A stretch of DNA of 60,587 nt, the filler included, from Squatina squatina (lineage: Eukaryota): the NCBI GenBank assembly GCA_031763465.1. It is 4 parts of 3 records of this genome, joined end to end, with 100 filler letters (N's around TTAATTAATTAA, not from the genome) between each part and the next. Parts side by side here need not be neighbours in the genome. Positions count along the whole stretch, not along the records: positions 14,929 to 28,161 come from JARFOE010000100.1; positions 28,262 to 44,383 come from JARFOE010000115.1; 2 more parts are not named here. One strand, written 5' to 3'. Under the pieces are notes generated by a model, which saw only the letters and a program-made list of their open reading frames with translations, was not told where the DNA came from and made no database searches. The position numbers and the translations under genes are program-made. Positions 23,029-35,854 of the stretch are shown one piece after another. Positions within the stretch are counted from its first letter, which is position 1; every line of letters starts with the position of its first letter.

Positions 23029-23774
23029 GATGAAATCAGAAACGTCAGCAGCCTAACGGTCGAGGGCGAGAAAGCAAGCAGCTGGCCCGTGGGGATTAAC
23101 ACCCCATTCCACCCGCGCACACGGTTCGAGGTCCTGCGCTGGGACTATTTCACCGAAGACCAGGTCTTCTCCTGTGTGGACGGAGCCCCGAAGTGCGAGC
23201 TGCGCGGGATTGACAAGAACGACGTCAGCAACATCATCGAGATGGCAGTGGAAGAGCTGAACAGGAAATACCAGCCCGTTCTTCAGCTGCGCAAGGAGCA
23301 ACTGGTGAACGGTTACCGCAGGTTCGACCCCACCCGTGGCATGGAGTACACCCTGGACTTGCGGCTGGAGGTCCTCACCCAGAAGGGGCACAGCCGCTCC
23401 ATCACCAAGAGGGTCTACCTTGTGCGGCCGCTCAGCAGCGTGGAGATCATTCCCATGCCTTACGTGACCGAGGCCACCAGGGTCCACATCATTCTCCCGC
23501 TGAGCCTCCACGAGAGAGACCAGGCCACTCAGTTCATCGAGCTGTATGCCCTCAATGCGCTGGAGAGCAATGAGAACGCTATCCTCACCCTGCTCTTCAT
23601 CTACGACCCATTTGAGGCCCAGCGGGTGAACCAGAATGACATCTTCAGCAGCGTCAAGGCCAAGATCATGGAGTGCGAGAGGAAATACCCAGAGACGAAG
23701 ATCCCCTGGATCAGCGTGAAGACTGACTCGCCGTCCCAGATCAAAATCATGGACATCATCTCCAAAAAGCACCC
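23029..23774 (+). CDS. CHPF: Chondroitin polymerizing factor, last exon (truncated by gap)
   Basis: DEIRNVS...WPVGINTPFHPRTRFEVLRWDYFTE...NGYRRFDPTRGMEYTLDL...EIIPMPYVTEATRV...MDIISKKH. Confidence 0.9.
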
Positions 23775-23874
23775 NNNNNNNNNNNNNNNNNNNNNNNNNN
23801 NNNNNNNNNNNNNNNNNNNNNNNNNNNNNNNNNNNNNNNNNNNNNNNNNNNNNNNNNNNNNNNNNNNNNNNNNN

Positions 23875-25256
23875 GGGACATTGTATTTAAGGAGGAGGAG
23901 TGTGAAATATTAGATGAGAGAAACATAGTGAGAGTGGAAGTATTAAGGGGTTTAGCATCTTTGAAAGTAGATAAATCGCCAGGCCCAGTGAAATGTATCC
24001 CAGGCTAACTGTTAGGAGAAGCAAAGAGGAAATAACAGAGGCTCTGACCATCATTTTCCAATCCTCTCTGGCTACAGGTGTGGTGCGGAGGACTGGAGGA
24101 CTGCTAATGTACCATTGTTTAGAAAGGGGGAAGGGATAAACCGAGTAATTACAGGCCAGTTGGCCTTAACCTGGGCAAATTGTTGGAAAAATTTCTGAGG
24201 GACAGTATTAATCATCATTTAGAATGACACGGATTAATCAAGGACAGTCAGCATGGATTTGCTAAGGGAAGGTTGTGTCTGTCTAACTTGATTGAATTTT
24301 TTGAGGAGGTAACAAGGAGAGTGATGAGGGTAGTGCGTTTGATATAGTCTACATGGATTTTAGTAAGGCCTTTGATAAGTTCCCACATGGCAGACTGGTC
24401 AGAAAAGTAAAAGCCACGGGATCCAAGGGAAAATGATAAGTTGGATCCAAAATTCGGTCAGTGGCAGGTAGCAAAGGGTAATGGTTGACGGGTGTTTTTG
24501 TGACTGGAAAGATGCTTCCAGAAGTTTTCCGCAGGGCTCAGTACTCGGCCCCGTGCTTTTTGTGTTATGCATCAATTATTTAGACTTCAATGTAGGGATC
24601 TTCAATCATCAATCTTCCCACATTACAACAGTGACCACACTCCAAAAGTATTTCATTGACTGTCAAGTGCTTTGAGCCTGGTGGTCATGAAAGGTGCTAT
24701 ATAAATGCAAGACTTTTTTTTTCTATTGGAGGCATGATTAAGAAGTTTTCAGATGATACATAAATTGGTCCTGTGGTTGATAGTGAGGAAGAAAGCTGAG
24801 AACTGCAGGAAGGTATCAGTAGACTGGTCAGTTGGGCAGAAAAGTGGCAAATGGATTTCAATCCGGAGAACTGTGAGGAAATGCATTTGGAGAGGGCTTA
24901 CATAAAAAATGATAGGTTACTCAGAAGTGTAAAACAACAGAGGGACCTTGGAATGCATGGATCCATGAAGGTAGGAGGACAGGTAAATAAAGTGGATAAG
25001 AAGGCTCACGGGATACTTTCCTTTATTGGCCGAGGCATAGAATATAAGAGCAGGGAGGTTATGCTTGAACTGTATAAAACACCAGTTAGGCCATGGCAAG
25101 AGACTTTGTACAGTTCTGGTCACCACATCACAGGAAAGATGTGATTGCACCAGACAGGGTACAGAGAAGATTTACGAGGATGTTGCCTGGGCTGCAGAAT
25201 CTTCGCTTCGAGGAAAGATTGGATAGGCCGGGGTTGTTTTGTTTGGAACAGAGGAG
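23875..25256 (+). mobile_element. Decayed CR1 LINE ORF2 (reverse transcriptase)
   Basis: Frameshifted motifs NYRPV, SQHGF, MDFSKAFDK, PQGSVLGPVLF, FSDDT and VQFWSPH. Confidence 0.9.
24596..24727 (+). mobile_element. SINE 3' tail nested inside the CR1 RT domain
   Basis: cacattacaacagtgaccacactccaaaagta...aaaggtgctatataaatgcaag matches the tail of the 4140-4606 SINE and splits the CR1 between DFNVG and GMIKKFSDD. Confidence 0.75.
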
Positions 25257-26419
25257 NNNNNNNNNNNNNNNNNNNNNNNNNNNNNNNNNNNNNNNNNNNN
25301 NNNNNNNNNNNNNNNNNNNNNNNNNNNNNNNNNNNNNNNNNNNNNNNNNNNNNNNNAAAAACGCTACCTCACTGCGGGATGGGGAGTGACAGACCCACTG
25401 ACTGTCATCGCACAAGCTCCTTTCTCTTCTATTAATGGCAGCCGGCACCTGAGATTATAAAGAAACAATTACTCCTTGTTCCTGTTAATGAGTCTGTGAG
25501 GAGGTTCTCTGGGTTCAGTCACTATTTGCTCAACACTATCATTAGCTGTGCCTTTCCATCAGACTGGGAAACAATAACACGCCAGGCTCTGACTGGAAAC
25601 CAGCCACTCAGTGACAGTGCCTTCAGTTTTATGATGCATAATAGACTCTTTATGCCATTTCCATTTACTTAGGGCCCAATCAAGCTAGCTTAAATAGCAA
25701 TAGTGCATTATTTATTAATAAGCAGGATCTGTGATGTTGAATTACTTCAGCATCTTTTCCACTCCCTGACCTTGCAGATGTGTCACCTTAATTTGCCACT
25801 AACACGTTTAAAAAGGGCTGCTGTTTTATTGGCAAGACATAGAGCCCATACTAATGTTGTCCGTTATCAGCCCATCATTCACTTGTAAACCCTCCAGTCT
25901 GCCCTGACCTCAAAAGAGGATTCAAAGCCTTCTGGTTGAACCTGGATTAAGCGCTATCTTGTTTTAACAGGCACTTTTGCTTCTGTTGGTCGGCCAAATG
26001 GATTAGACATCCAAAAACCTGAAACTGTAGCAGAGGCTGCGTTTCAGAAAGGTATGGCCTTGTCGAGCAAGGGCAGAGCTTCACCTGCTGTCCTCTCTCC
26101 CGGCTTTAACGAGCAGTAATGTCGAGGCAATGTAATAACACCCACAGCAGATTAAGACAGAGGCAGTGTTCGATTGTGAAAGCAGAGCGGCAAAGCGGAG
26201 GTGGGATAATAATAGTGAGAAAGACTATTAATACCAAGGTTGAATCGTAGCGTATTAACTGCAGAGGTCCGAGAATTCTAGGCGACATCAGCTAATCACT
26301 ATTAACCCCAACCAAATTCTGCAGCACAAAAATAGTGTTTTTCTGACACGTCTTTACACTGATAAATAAACAGAGATAAACTGGGGAGTCAGAATAAGAG
26401 AAATTGAGAATTTAAAAAT

Positions 26420-27244
26420 TATACTGTGGTACGCCTGTGAGATCCATCACAGTGTACTGTGGTACGCCGGTGAGATCCATCTATGCATACTGTGGTACAC
26501 CTGTGAGATCCATCACAGATTACTGTGGTATGCCTGTGAGATCCATCACAGTACACCATGGTATTCCTGTGAGATCCATTAAAGTATACTGTGGTACACC
26601 TGTGAGATCCATCACATTATACTATGGTACACATGTTAGATGCATCACATTATACAGTAGTAACCCTGTGAGATCTATCGCAGTATACTGTGGTATACCT
26701 GTGAGTTCCATCGCAGTATACTATGGTACGCCTGTGAGATCCATCGCAGTATAATCTGGTACACATGTTAGATTCATCACAGTATACAGTAGTAACCCTG
26801 TGAGATGCATCACAGTACACTGTGGTACGCCTGTGAGCTCCATCGCAGTATATTGTGTTAAGCCTGTGAGATCCATCACAGTACACTGTGGTAAGCCTGT
26901 GAGTTCCATCACAGTATACTGTGGTAAGCCTGTGAGTTCCATCGCAGTACACTGTGGTAAGCCTGTGAGATCCATCACGGTATACAGTGGTAAGGCTGTG
27001 AGATTCATCACAGGACACAGTGGTGAGCTTGTGAGATCCATTACAGTACACTGTGGTAGGCATTTTAGATCCATCACAGTGCACTGTGGTAAGCCTGTGA
27101 GATCCATCGCAGTATACTGTGGTACGCCTGTGACATCCATCACAGTATACTGTGGTACGCCTGTGAGATCCATCATAGTATTCTGAGGTACGCCTGTGAG
27201 ATCCATCGCAGTATACTGTGGTACGCCTGTGAGATAGATCTCAG
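26420..27244. repeat. 33-bp minisatellite, about 25 copies
   Basis: Unit CTGTGAGATCCATCACAGTATACTGTGGTACGC, giving 11-aa periodic ORFs on both strands. Confidence 0.95.
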
Positions 27245-28161
27245 NNNNNNNNNNNNNNNNNNNNNNNNNNNNNNNNNNNNNNNNNNNNNNNNNNNNNNNN
27301 NNNNNNNNNNNNNNNNNNNNNNNNNNNNNNNNNNNNNNNNNNNNGTTGAGGGTTGTTGGCCCCTCTGTTGGAGCCGTGTAGCCAAGAGGTTGAGGTGAGA
27401 GCGTGGGCTTTGAATGAGAAGTGGCAGTGTGAGAGTTCTAATATGAGGTGACTGTCTTTCTCCTGCTGCCTTCCAGCTAGAGTTTCACGTAATATATTCC
27501 ATCCTCCCATTAGAATGGAAATTATGCTAATTATGGTTAAAAGTAGCTCTGGATTGACTTTGCTGAAGGACTCTGGGAGGTTGTGGTGATGTCAGAATAA
27601 TCGAGACTGATGACTGAGGGCAGTGTGTGAGTGAGGCGAATGTGATGGACCTTCACAGCAGTGCAGTATAACTACCACCCCGGTGACTGGACACAATTAG
27701 CCACCGTGGGCCCCATAGTTACCCCAGCTGGTCGATCAGGAGACTCTCAGACATTGACCAAAGACAAACTTCAGCTAACGGCTATCGAGCTGCAACTCGA
27801 CGGCCCCTGGCAACAGATGCCAGAGGGACAAGAGATGCCTCCTGGGCAAGAGAGGTGGTAAACTAGACAGGGAGCCCAGTCCTCAGCACTGTACAATGAG
27901 GCCTCCAGGAGAGAGAATGTGTAACGGAATCAGGCAAGGATGGGTTGGGATCGGATGTGACGCCCTTATTGACAGGCCGCCCATGCTTACACAATAAAAC
28001 ATTGAAAGAGGAATTGGTCACAACGCAAACAGGTCCATTCCACGAAGGAGAACAGCCTCGTAGAGTCACCAGAATGAGAGCGGGGATAAAAGGGTTAAAC
28101 TATGAGGACAGGTTCATTAAACAGCAGAATCACAGAATGGTCACAGCATAGAAGGAGGCTA

Positions 28162-28261
28162 NNNNNNNNNNNNNNNNNNNNNNNNNNNNNNNNNNNNNNN
28201 NNNNNTTAATTAATTAANNNNNNNNNNNNNNNNNNNNNNNNNNNNNNNNNNNNNNNNNNNN
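28162..28261. other. Artificial scaffold spacer N44-TTAATTAATTAA-N44
   Basis: Identical construct to 14829-14928. Confidence 0.95.
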
Positions 28262-30121
28262 CTTGGCCGAGGGGTTGATCACCAGGGCGCATAGATTTAG
28301 CCTAGAACATACTTGACCCACATTGCCTGTTTTAAGTGGGTGATCTGAGATATAATGGCTTTAGTTTTCATTTTGTTTTGGTTGAGAGCACTGTCGGCCA
28401 GCTCAAGAGGCCAGACAGAAGATGATGCACATCATACAATAGGCGGAGATGTGGGAAGAGCAATCAGCCCCAGTCCTTCTAGCCTGTGCAGATGGAAAAT
28501 CTACCCTATGTAGGAGATGGGAGGCCTTTATTGCAATTCGTATTGTGAGGTGGGAGGCAGCAGATTTAGCAAGTGGTAGTCGCTCCTCTCAGCTCTGACC
28601 TATGCACTGAATGGAGGGGAGAGGGGAGGGTGTGTGGAAACTTTGCTTCCAATTTTACTATTAGCACCAAACTAACTCTATTACTACCTTCAAGTGCATG
28701 TTTTGTCTGAGTGACTATCTGAAGCCAAAACCAACAAAAAAGGATTGCCCTGTCTCCTACTTGTATAAATATTTACTTAACAATACCTTGGAATTCCCTA
28801 ACAGGGACTTGCTATAAATAGGCAGAGATATTTGGAGAAAAATACACAAAATTACAAGTTAACAGCAGCCTCCAATTATTTCAATCAAAAGCATTACATG
28901 GTGTTTATTCTACTGAGCAAATTACAGGCGGAATGGAAGTCTTCCAAAATGTCCTATGCTGGAGTTGCTGGACAGAGTGAGGATTTCTTCACTTTCTACC
29001 GTTGGATGCACACGAGGCTTTAACAAATCGATTTAAAAGTTTGTATGTGTTTTTTTTAACCTCCATCTTCCTGTACTGCAGTTTCTTCCCCTCCTTAGGT
29101 TTCCCCATGTCATTTCCTAAACAATGATTCCAAGTGGTTGCCATGCCATTCAACAGGTTGGGTGGGTGGGGGCGTACATGGACCAGCCCAGCTTAAATTA
29201 TCCAGTCTTGTTCCTCCCCTTCCTGAGCCTTATCTCTGCCCATGTCTTTACACTCCTTTGGACTATGTAACCTAATATAAGAGGACAGAGAGGTGACCTG
29301 CTCCCAGTCCTCTGCGAGTGACAAACTACTAGTAGGTAGATGGGAGTAGTACAGGCTGACTTGTCTCTGACGTTTCCTCCCAAGGGAAATTGACATGTGG
29401 CCAGCAAACATGGGGAGCTATGATGAGCCAATCCAAACTGTACGTTTCATTGGTCAGATACAGAGCTTCTGATTATTAGTATCACATACCTGGTCAATTT
29501 TGATTTTATAATCCTGCACTAGAAAGGTTGATAATACTGCGGTTTGGCAATGTAGTTTAATTTCCTGTGGTTGTGGACCGGTTAATATATTTTTTTGATT
29601 CCACAGGGCTTAGCGTCATCGTGTTGAGAAATGGCTTCTTCCTAATTTAGAAGCTGCAACAGTTTGCAGCTTTAAACAAAGTATTCCTTTGGGATTACCT
29701 TGAATTCTCCCTGAATTCGCAGATAAGATCCACTGGGATTTTCTTTTTCTTCCTCTGGAACCAGATAGACCTTCTAAAACTAAGTTGGCTTAACAAGTAG
29801 CTGCTGGAGGATGAGAAGTGCTTTTGAATTCCCTCAACACCTAACCTTGCAGAATTGAAAAGATTTTTTTTTGTGGTTGTAAAATAGTGCCTGTTGTATT
29901 TTATCATACGTACAGAAGTGGAATTTTTGGACAAGGATTTTATTCCCCAGTGTATAACCCATTTCTTTTAAAGATGGTGAGTGGCACTGAAGTAATATTC
30001 CTTGCATGCTGCTGTATCTTTTAGTTCAGTCCCGCCAACACCTAAACTATCCCCGCTTATCCCAATTAGCCGCCTACATTGGGCAAATGGCGCTAATCAA
30101 CGTTCCCTTTAAGCTGTAGTA

Positions 30122-30270
30122 CAAGCGCAAAATACAGCAGATGCAGGAAACCTGAAATAAGAACAGGAAATGCTGGAAACACTCAGCAGGTCAGGCTGCA
30201 TCTGTGGAGAGAGAAACAGAGTTAACGTTTCAGGTCGAAGACCTGCTGAGTTTTTTCCAGCATTCTGTTT
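30122..30270. repeat. Penelope-like terminal repeat, fold-back derivative
   Basis: aatgctggaaacactcagcaggtc is followed about 45 bp later by gacctgctgagttttttccagcatt, its approximate reverse complement. Confidence 0.65.
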
Positions 30271-32319
30271 AAATCAATGATTTTCATAATTTGCCACGTC
30301 CAAATGACACCAGTGATGTATGCTGACACAAGTTAAATGTGAAGTTCTTATGACAGCTTCACAGTGTACACGTTGTCTCAATCTGTAGTATTAGTGTACC
30401 AAACTACTGGCCCACCCAACACTCTGTTAAGCTGGATATAATATTTACAGATGCCATAAACACCCTCAGCTTATCCAATGCTGGAAATTTTGCAAGGACT
30501 AGGCTCTGAAAACTGCATTTATTCCCATGCAAAATTTGTTGTACTGCATCCTGGAGGTCATTTTTGTCTGGAATTGCCATCCCCGTGTTAAACTAGAGTA
30601 ACTTTAAGGCCTTTGGTTAAATGAGGATAATTGTTGACTCTCTCTTTCTGGGCAGAGTCAAGTACCAGAGCAGAGAAGTGATACCCGTATTATATAATTT
30701 GTGAGTGCCTGAAAGTAACTCTAGTTTAAATCTGGCCTCTATTTGTTGTAGTATGAATATTGCCAAAACTTAGATCCAGCATGAAAAGAAAAACTTGCAG
30801 CACTATGGGGAAAGGGTGGGTGAATGAGACTAATTGGATAGCTCTTTCAAAGAGCAGACTGAATGGTACTCCTGTGCTGTATAATTCTACAATTCCACCC
30901 CCCCCCCCACCCCGGCACCCCGGGCGTCATTAGGTGAGTACAGTGTGTGCTGCATTGAGATCGTGCCCCAATCTAACTTCTAGGCCCTGGTTTTTACTGG
31001 GTCTTCCCAACTTGTGTTGGTTCTTGGAGCTCAGTTTACAGGGTGCTCAATGTGTTTCATTCGCATTCAGCTGGTCCTCCACCATGACATTGTTCTTTGG
31101 CCTGTCCTTGTTCTAAACTTCAGATGACTTGAGTCAGCACCAGCTCATATTTTAGGTGATCTCTGTAGTTTATTCACCACTATTGTGTTATCCAGCATGC
31201 TATTGACTGGCATCTATTATTCTCTACTATTGGTGACATTGCTGAAGATAAAGAATAAAGGGATTAGTTCTTTTGGCTGAAGCACCTTTGCCCATACTTG
31301 TCTCAAAATCTGCAGATGTGACTAAACCAGCAGCTGCACAGAATTTTCACCCCTGAACAGAAACTTTTGAATAGATTTACTTTAAGATATTTTACCCATT
31401 GTTTGGAGTTGGTGGTATAGTTTCAATGATGTGTTGTGGATAATGCAGCTCTATCTATGTTGCTCCTATGTTATTTTGTCATCAATAATATTGTGTCCTG
31501 GGATACATCAGAATAGTTCAGCGATAGCTGATTTCAGCTGCATTACTTTTATTAATGCAGTTTAAGCATTTTCATTTAAAAATAATCCTGGTCTTAAATA
31601 TTTCCATTTGAAAAGCTTTGATTTGTGGCAAATAAAAAGGAAGTGGCTGCAGAGAAGGGAGGTCAGTCGTCGAGACTGACCAGTCACTTACTATCCAGGA
31701 GGAAGAATGAACCTCGTGGCAGGCTAAAGCTCCTCGGGTGAGGACCAGGATTCAGCAGTTGATGAGTACGTTTGGTACATGATACTTGGACATTTGAAAA
31801 AAATCAAGGCATGGCACGGCACAAACATTGTAGGTGCTTCCATCATATTGAAAGCAAGATGCCCACCATCTTGAGGATCTTTTGCAGGCCCCCGCTGCCC
31901 ATGTGGTCAGAGGGATGGTTCAGTGCGCATTCACATTTTAGATGAGTTGTACTGCTCATTATGTAGCTTGTGAGAAGTTCCTGCTGCCAACCTATCAAGG
32001 GCTGAGCCCCTATGCCTGTCAGTTGTCGAATAGAGAATGGAATGAGGGGATGTCATTGGGATCAGTTTTGGACCTGAGATTGTGTAAGGTGATATGAAAA
32101 TTTGGAATCAAGTCAGCCATCTGTAAATTAATTCACTTTTTATTTAATAAATTCACAATAGTTTTAAAATTAAAAACAGGTCTGATGTGATGTTCTACTG
32201 CTCGCAGATGGGGAAACAATCCGATGGCAGCATAGGATAAATTGCAGTAGGTAAAATTATATTGCTAGACAGGGTTTCTGTATCTTATCTTGAGCTCATT
32301 GCTGAAAGATTACTTAGGT

Positions 32320-33254
32320 CTCAGCTCCAGAACATCACTGCAGGAGTTCCTCAACAATGTCCTAGATCCAACTATCTTCAGCTACTTCATTAATGATCTT
32401 CCCTCCATCATAAAGTCAGAATGGGCCTCTTTGCTGATGATTTGACAGTGTTCAGCTCCATTTGCAATTCCCCAGATAATGAAACAGGCAATGCTTGCAT
32501 GCAGAAAGATCTGGACAAAATCCAAGCTTGAGCTGATAAGTGGCAAGTAACATTCGTGCCATACAATTGCCAGGCAATGACCATCTCCAACAAATGAGAG
32601 ACATTCAATGCCATTGCCATTACCATCGTTGAGCAACCACCATCAACATTCCGGGGGTCTTCGTTGATCAGAAACTCAACTGGATCAATTACATAAATGC
32701 TGTGGTTACTCGAGCAGGTCAGATGCTGGGTATTCTCTAGTGAGTGGTTCACCTAATGCCTCAAAATTCCTCCACCACTGAACAAGGCACAAGTCAGAAT
32801 TATGATGGAATTCTCTCCGCTTGCCTGGATGGGTGCTGCTGCAACAACACTCAAGATGCTCGACATCTTTTAGGGCAACACACTCTGCTTAATCAGCAAC
32901 CCATCCACTGCCTTAAACATCCACTTCCTCCACAGTGTGTGTGGTTGCAGTGTGTACTATCCACAGGATGCACTCCACAACTTGCCACGGCTTCTTCGAC
33001 ACCACCGACTCATCACCTAGCAGCAGGACAAGGGCAACAGGTGCATGGGAATTCCATCACTACCAAGCCACACACCATCCCAACTTGGATATAGATCCCA
33101 AATTCATCATTGTTGGGTCAAAATCCTGGAACTCCTTCCCCAACAGCACTGTGGGAGTACCTTCACCACACGGACTGCAGCGATTCAAGAAGGCGACTCA
33201 CCACCACCTTCTCAAGGTCAATTAGGGATGGGCAATAAATGCTGGCCTTGCCAG
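32320..33254 (+). mobile_element. Decayed CR1-clade LINE (RT C-terminal half and 3' UTR)
   Basis: ITAGVPQ...PTIFSYFINDLPSII...FADD, then GSKSWNSFPNSTVG...GLQRFKKATHHHLLK. Confidence 0.85.
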
Positions 33255-34704
33255 NNNNNNNNNNNNNNNNNNNNNNNNNNNNNNNNNNNNNNNNNNNNNN
33301 NNNNNNNNNNNNNNNNNNNNNNNNNNNNNNNNNNNNNNNNNNNNNNNNNNNNNNGGGAGGGGAATTTATGGACTTTCTGGTTAGATGTGCTAAGAGTGAC
33401 TTTCCTCACCTGTATTTGTCTTGTGATCTTGTTGGTACCTGGACCTGTGTCCATATAAGGATACCTGTAGTTAAGACGGGGGAGGAAAGAGGCCACAGAA
33501 TTAGATCCAAAGTAGAAACTGGGCTGGAATAATAGACAGATTGCTGCAGAGATGGAGAGAGAAAGCGGACAGCCGGCAAGAAGAGGTGAAGGAGAAAAGA
33601 AAGCCAAAGAGAACAACAATTTAGAGTTAGCAGTGATATGGACAGGTTTGAAAAGAGACTGAGACTGGGTAGATTTTGGCATTTCTACAGAATAAAACAA
33701 AAGGGACGGTAAATGACAGACAAGGGTAACTGGTAAGAATGTTGCCATAGCCATGGAGAGACTTGTGTAAACACTGAAGTAGTTTCAGCATTGGCGCCTG
33801 GGATCTATAAATTACAGTCCTCAACAACACTATATTTAAATAACCTCTCGCGCAGCTAGTTTAAATTTCTAACTCGGTAGGTTTGTAAATATTTACAGAA
33901 TATGAACAAATTTTTAATTTGCAGCTATTCTGGTAAGCCCCCATAACAGAAACACAAATTTTGCCATCACTTCTGGCTATGCCGTGCAGGAGCAGGGCCA
34001 TCGAGGGGTAACTGAAGGTGTGTCTGCCGTTCAGCCAAACAAGTTGTTGGTATTTGGAACAGCTGTTTGGCCCAAGAACATGCTCCTAACATTCAGCACA
34101 GCTAACATCCTCCAGTGTTCAGTAATACATGATCAAAATGGCAAGCGTGTCCTCCAGAGTAATAAAAGGTCTCAATTTTAAAACTTCTCCAAGTGTTTCA
34201 AATGTTTGAAGGTCCAAAATGAGTCACAGAACGAAAGTGTAAAAAACTGGCTGCATGACAAATTATTAAAATCTAATGTTTTTTGGCGGTGTGAGACTGC
34301 AGTAGTTATGGAGACTGAGCAACTTGTAAGAAAGTAGTCCCAGTTCCTGCAGCTGAGTAAACTATCCTAATAATGAGATTCTGGCTGACGTACAGAATAA
34401 TAGATACTTGGGAGAGAATTACAGGACTGCAATTCAACTGAACGGATTCTGGTGACATCATGCACTGAAAGAGAGATGCTTGAAGAGATTTATGAAACAG
34501 GAGCAACCCTTGATTAAGTAACAACCTTTAACTCGAGCCCAGGTATTAATAGATGCTGAATACTGTGACCCCAGATTTCCTGCTCTGTTGCCATAAGTGT
34601 GACTGAGTGGAATGGCCTCCCCATCTGCCTTAGTCCCAAGCCGGAGACCCCATCCCAAATCCCAGGGATGGGGCCATTTGCATGGCCAAGGAGAGTCTCA
34701 CACC

Positions 34705-35092
34705 TAGGTTTGCCAGCTCTGGTTGGACGTACTCCTGGAGATGTCATCACATGACCTCCTGCCTCCAACCAGCCCGCCCTCACGCTCCCCGCCATTGGTC
34801 GCTCGACACATCCATTCTGACGATGTGTCGCCTCCCCACTGCCAATCCGAATGCGAATAGACTCTTCATTACCCAATTGTACGATTCTTGACTTCAGTCA
34901 AACAGCCTTTCTTTTCTCCCATCTTTGATACTTTATAACTAATAAACAGAAGCATTCAAAGAGAATAAAAAGAACACCATTTTTTTTCAATGCCCCTATG
35001 ATTCTTCTTCTGGGTTGCTCGCAGCAGTGTTCTGGAGATTAATCTTCAATTCCTGGAAACTCCAGAGTAATCCTCTAGGGTTTGCAACCCTA
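34705..35092. mobile_element. Complete non-autonomous hAT element (Blackjack-like ends)
   Basis: Termini TAGGTTTGCCA / TTGCAACCCTA flanked by an exact 8-bp target-site duplication CTCACACC (34697-34704 and 35093-35100). Confidence 0.88.
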
Positions 35093-35193
35093 CTCACACC
35101 AGCACGGGTACGTCAGCCATTAAGGATAATTGTCTGTGGAAACAGTGGTTTAAAGTCAGCTGGAACAGCTTTTAAATGGCATAAATCTAATAT

Positions 35194-35381
35194 CTTTTGG
35201 ATGAGCCGTTAAACGGAGGCCCTGTCTGCTCTCTCAGGTGGATGTACAAGATCCCATGGCACTATTTCGAAGAAGAGCAGGGGAGTTATCCCTGGTGTCC
35301 TGGGCCAATATTTATCCCTCAATCAACATCACTAAAACAGATTATCTGGCCATTATCACATTGCTGTTTGTGGGAGCTTGC
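35194..35381 (+). mobile_element. Deu-domain SINE fragment
   Basis: ggatgagccgttaaacggaggcc...gatcccatggcactatttcgaagaagagcaggggag; same family as 4140-4606. Confidence 0.8.
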
Positions 35382-35481
35382 NNNNNNNNNNNNNNNNNNN
35401 NNNNNNNNNNNNNNNNNNNNNNNNNNNNNNNNNNNNNNNNNNNNNNNNNNNNNNNNNNNNNNNNNNNNNNNNNNNNNNNNN

Positions 35482-35854
35482 AGCGGAGCCTGAGGAGGAT
35501 CACATACGTGCTTCACCCGGGCAAGTCTCACCCCGCCACCGCCGCCGGCAGCAGCAGCATCGGCCGGACCAGTGTCTCTTCCTTCGGCACCAGGCACGGC
35601 TCTTCCTCCTCCTCGTCCTCCTCCTACACGCTGAGGGCGCAGGGCTCGGCTCCCGTGCTGGAGGTGAAGACCAGTTACCGGAGGACGTCGCCCCAGGTCA
35701 GGACCCGGCGGATGGGCAAGGCGAGCCACCGCGTCCAGCCCATCGCCCAGTTCCATCACCCCCACCACCAGTTCTACCAGCAGCACCACTCCAAGCCGCA
35801 CCAGCAGCAGTCTATGAGGCACCCTGTGCAGTACCAAAAACAGCAGTCCAACGG
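35482..35854 (+). CDS. LTBP1: LTBP1 long-isoform first exon (5' part lost in gap)
   Basis: LRRITYVLHPG...VQYQKQQSNG/gtaagg matches the recalled human LRRITYVVHPG...VHQKQQLQG. CpG-rich. Confidence 0.85.

Noticed and set aside
21933-23772. Long antisense ORFs over CHPF
   Set aside because: They are shadow frames of GC3-rich coding exons.
26420-27244. CRISPR-like or repeat-protein reading of the 33-bp array
   Set aside because: Units are directly tandem with no unique spacers, there are no cas genes, and the context is vertebrate.
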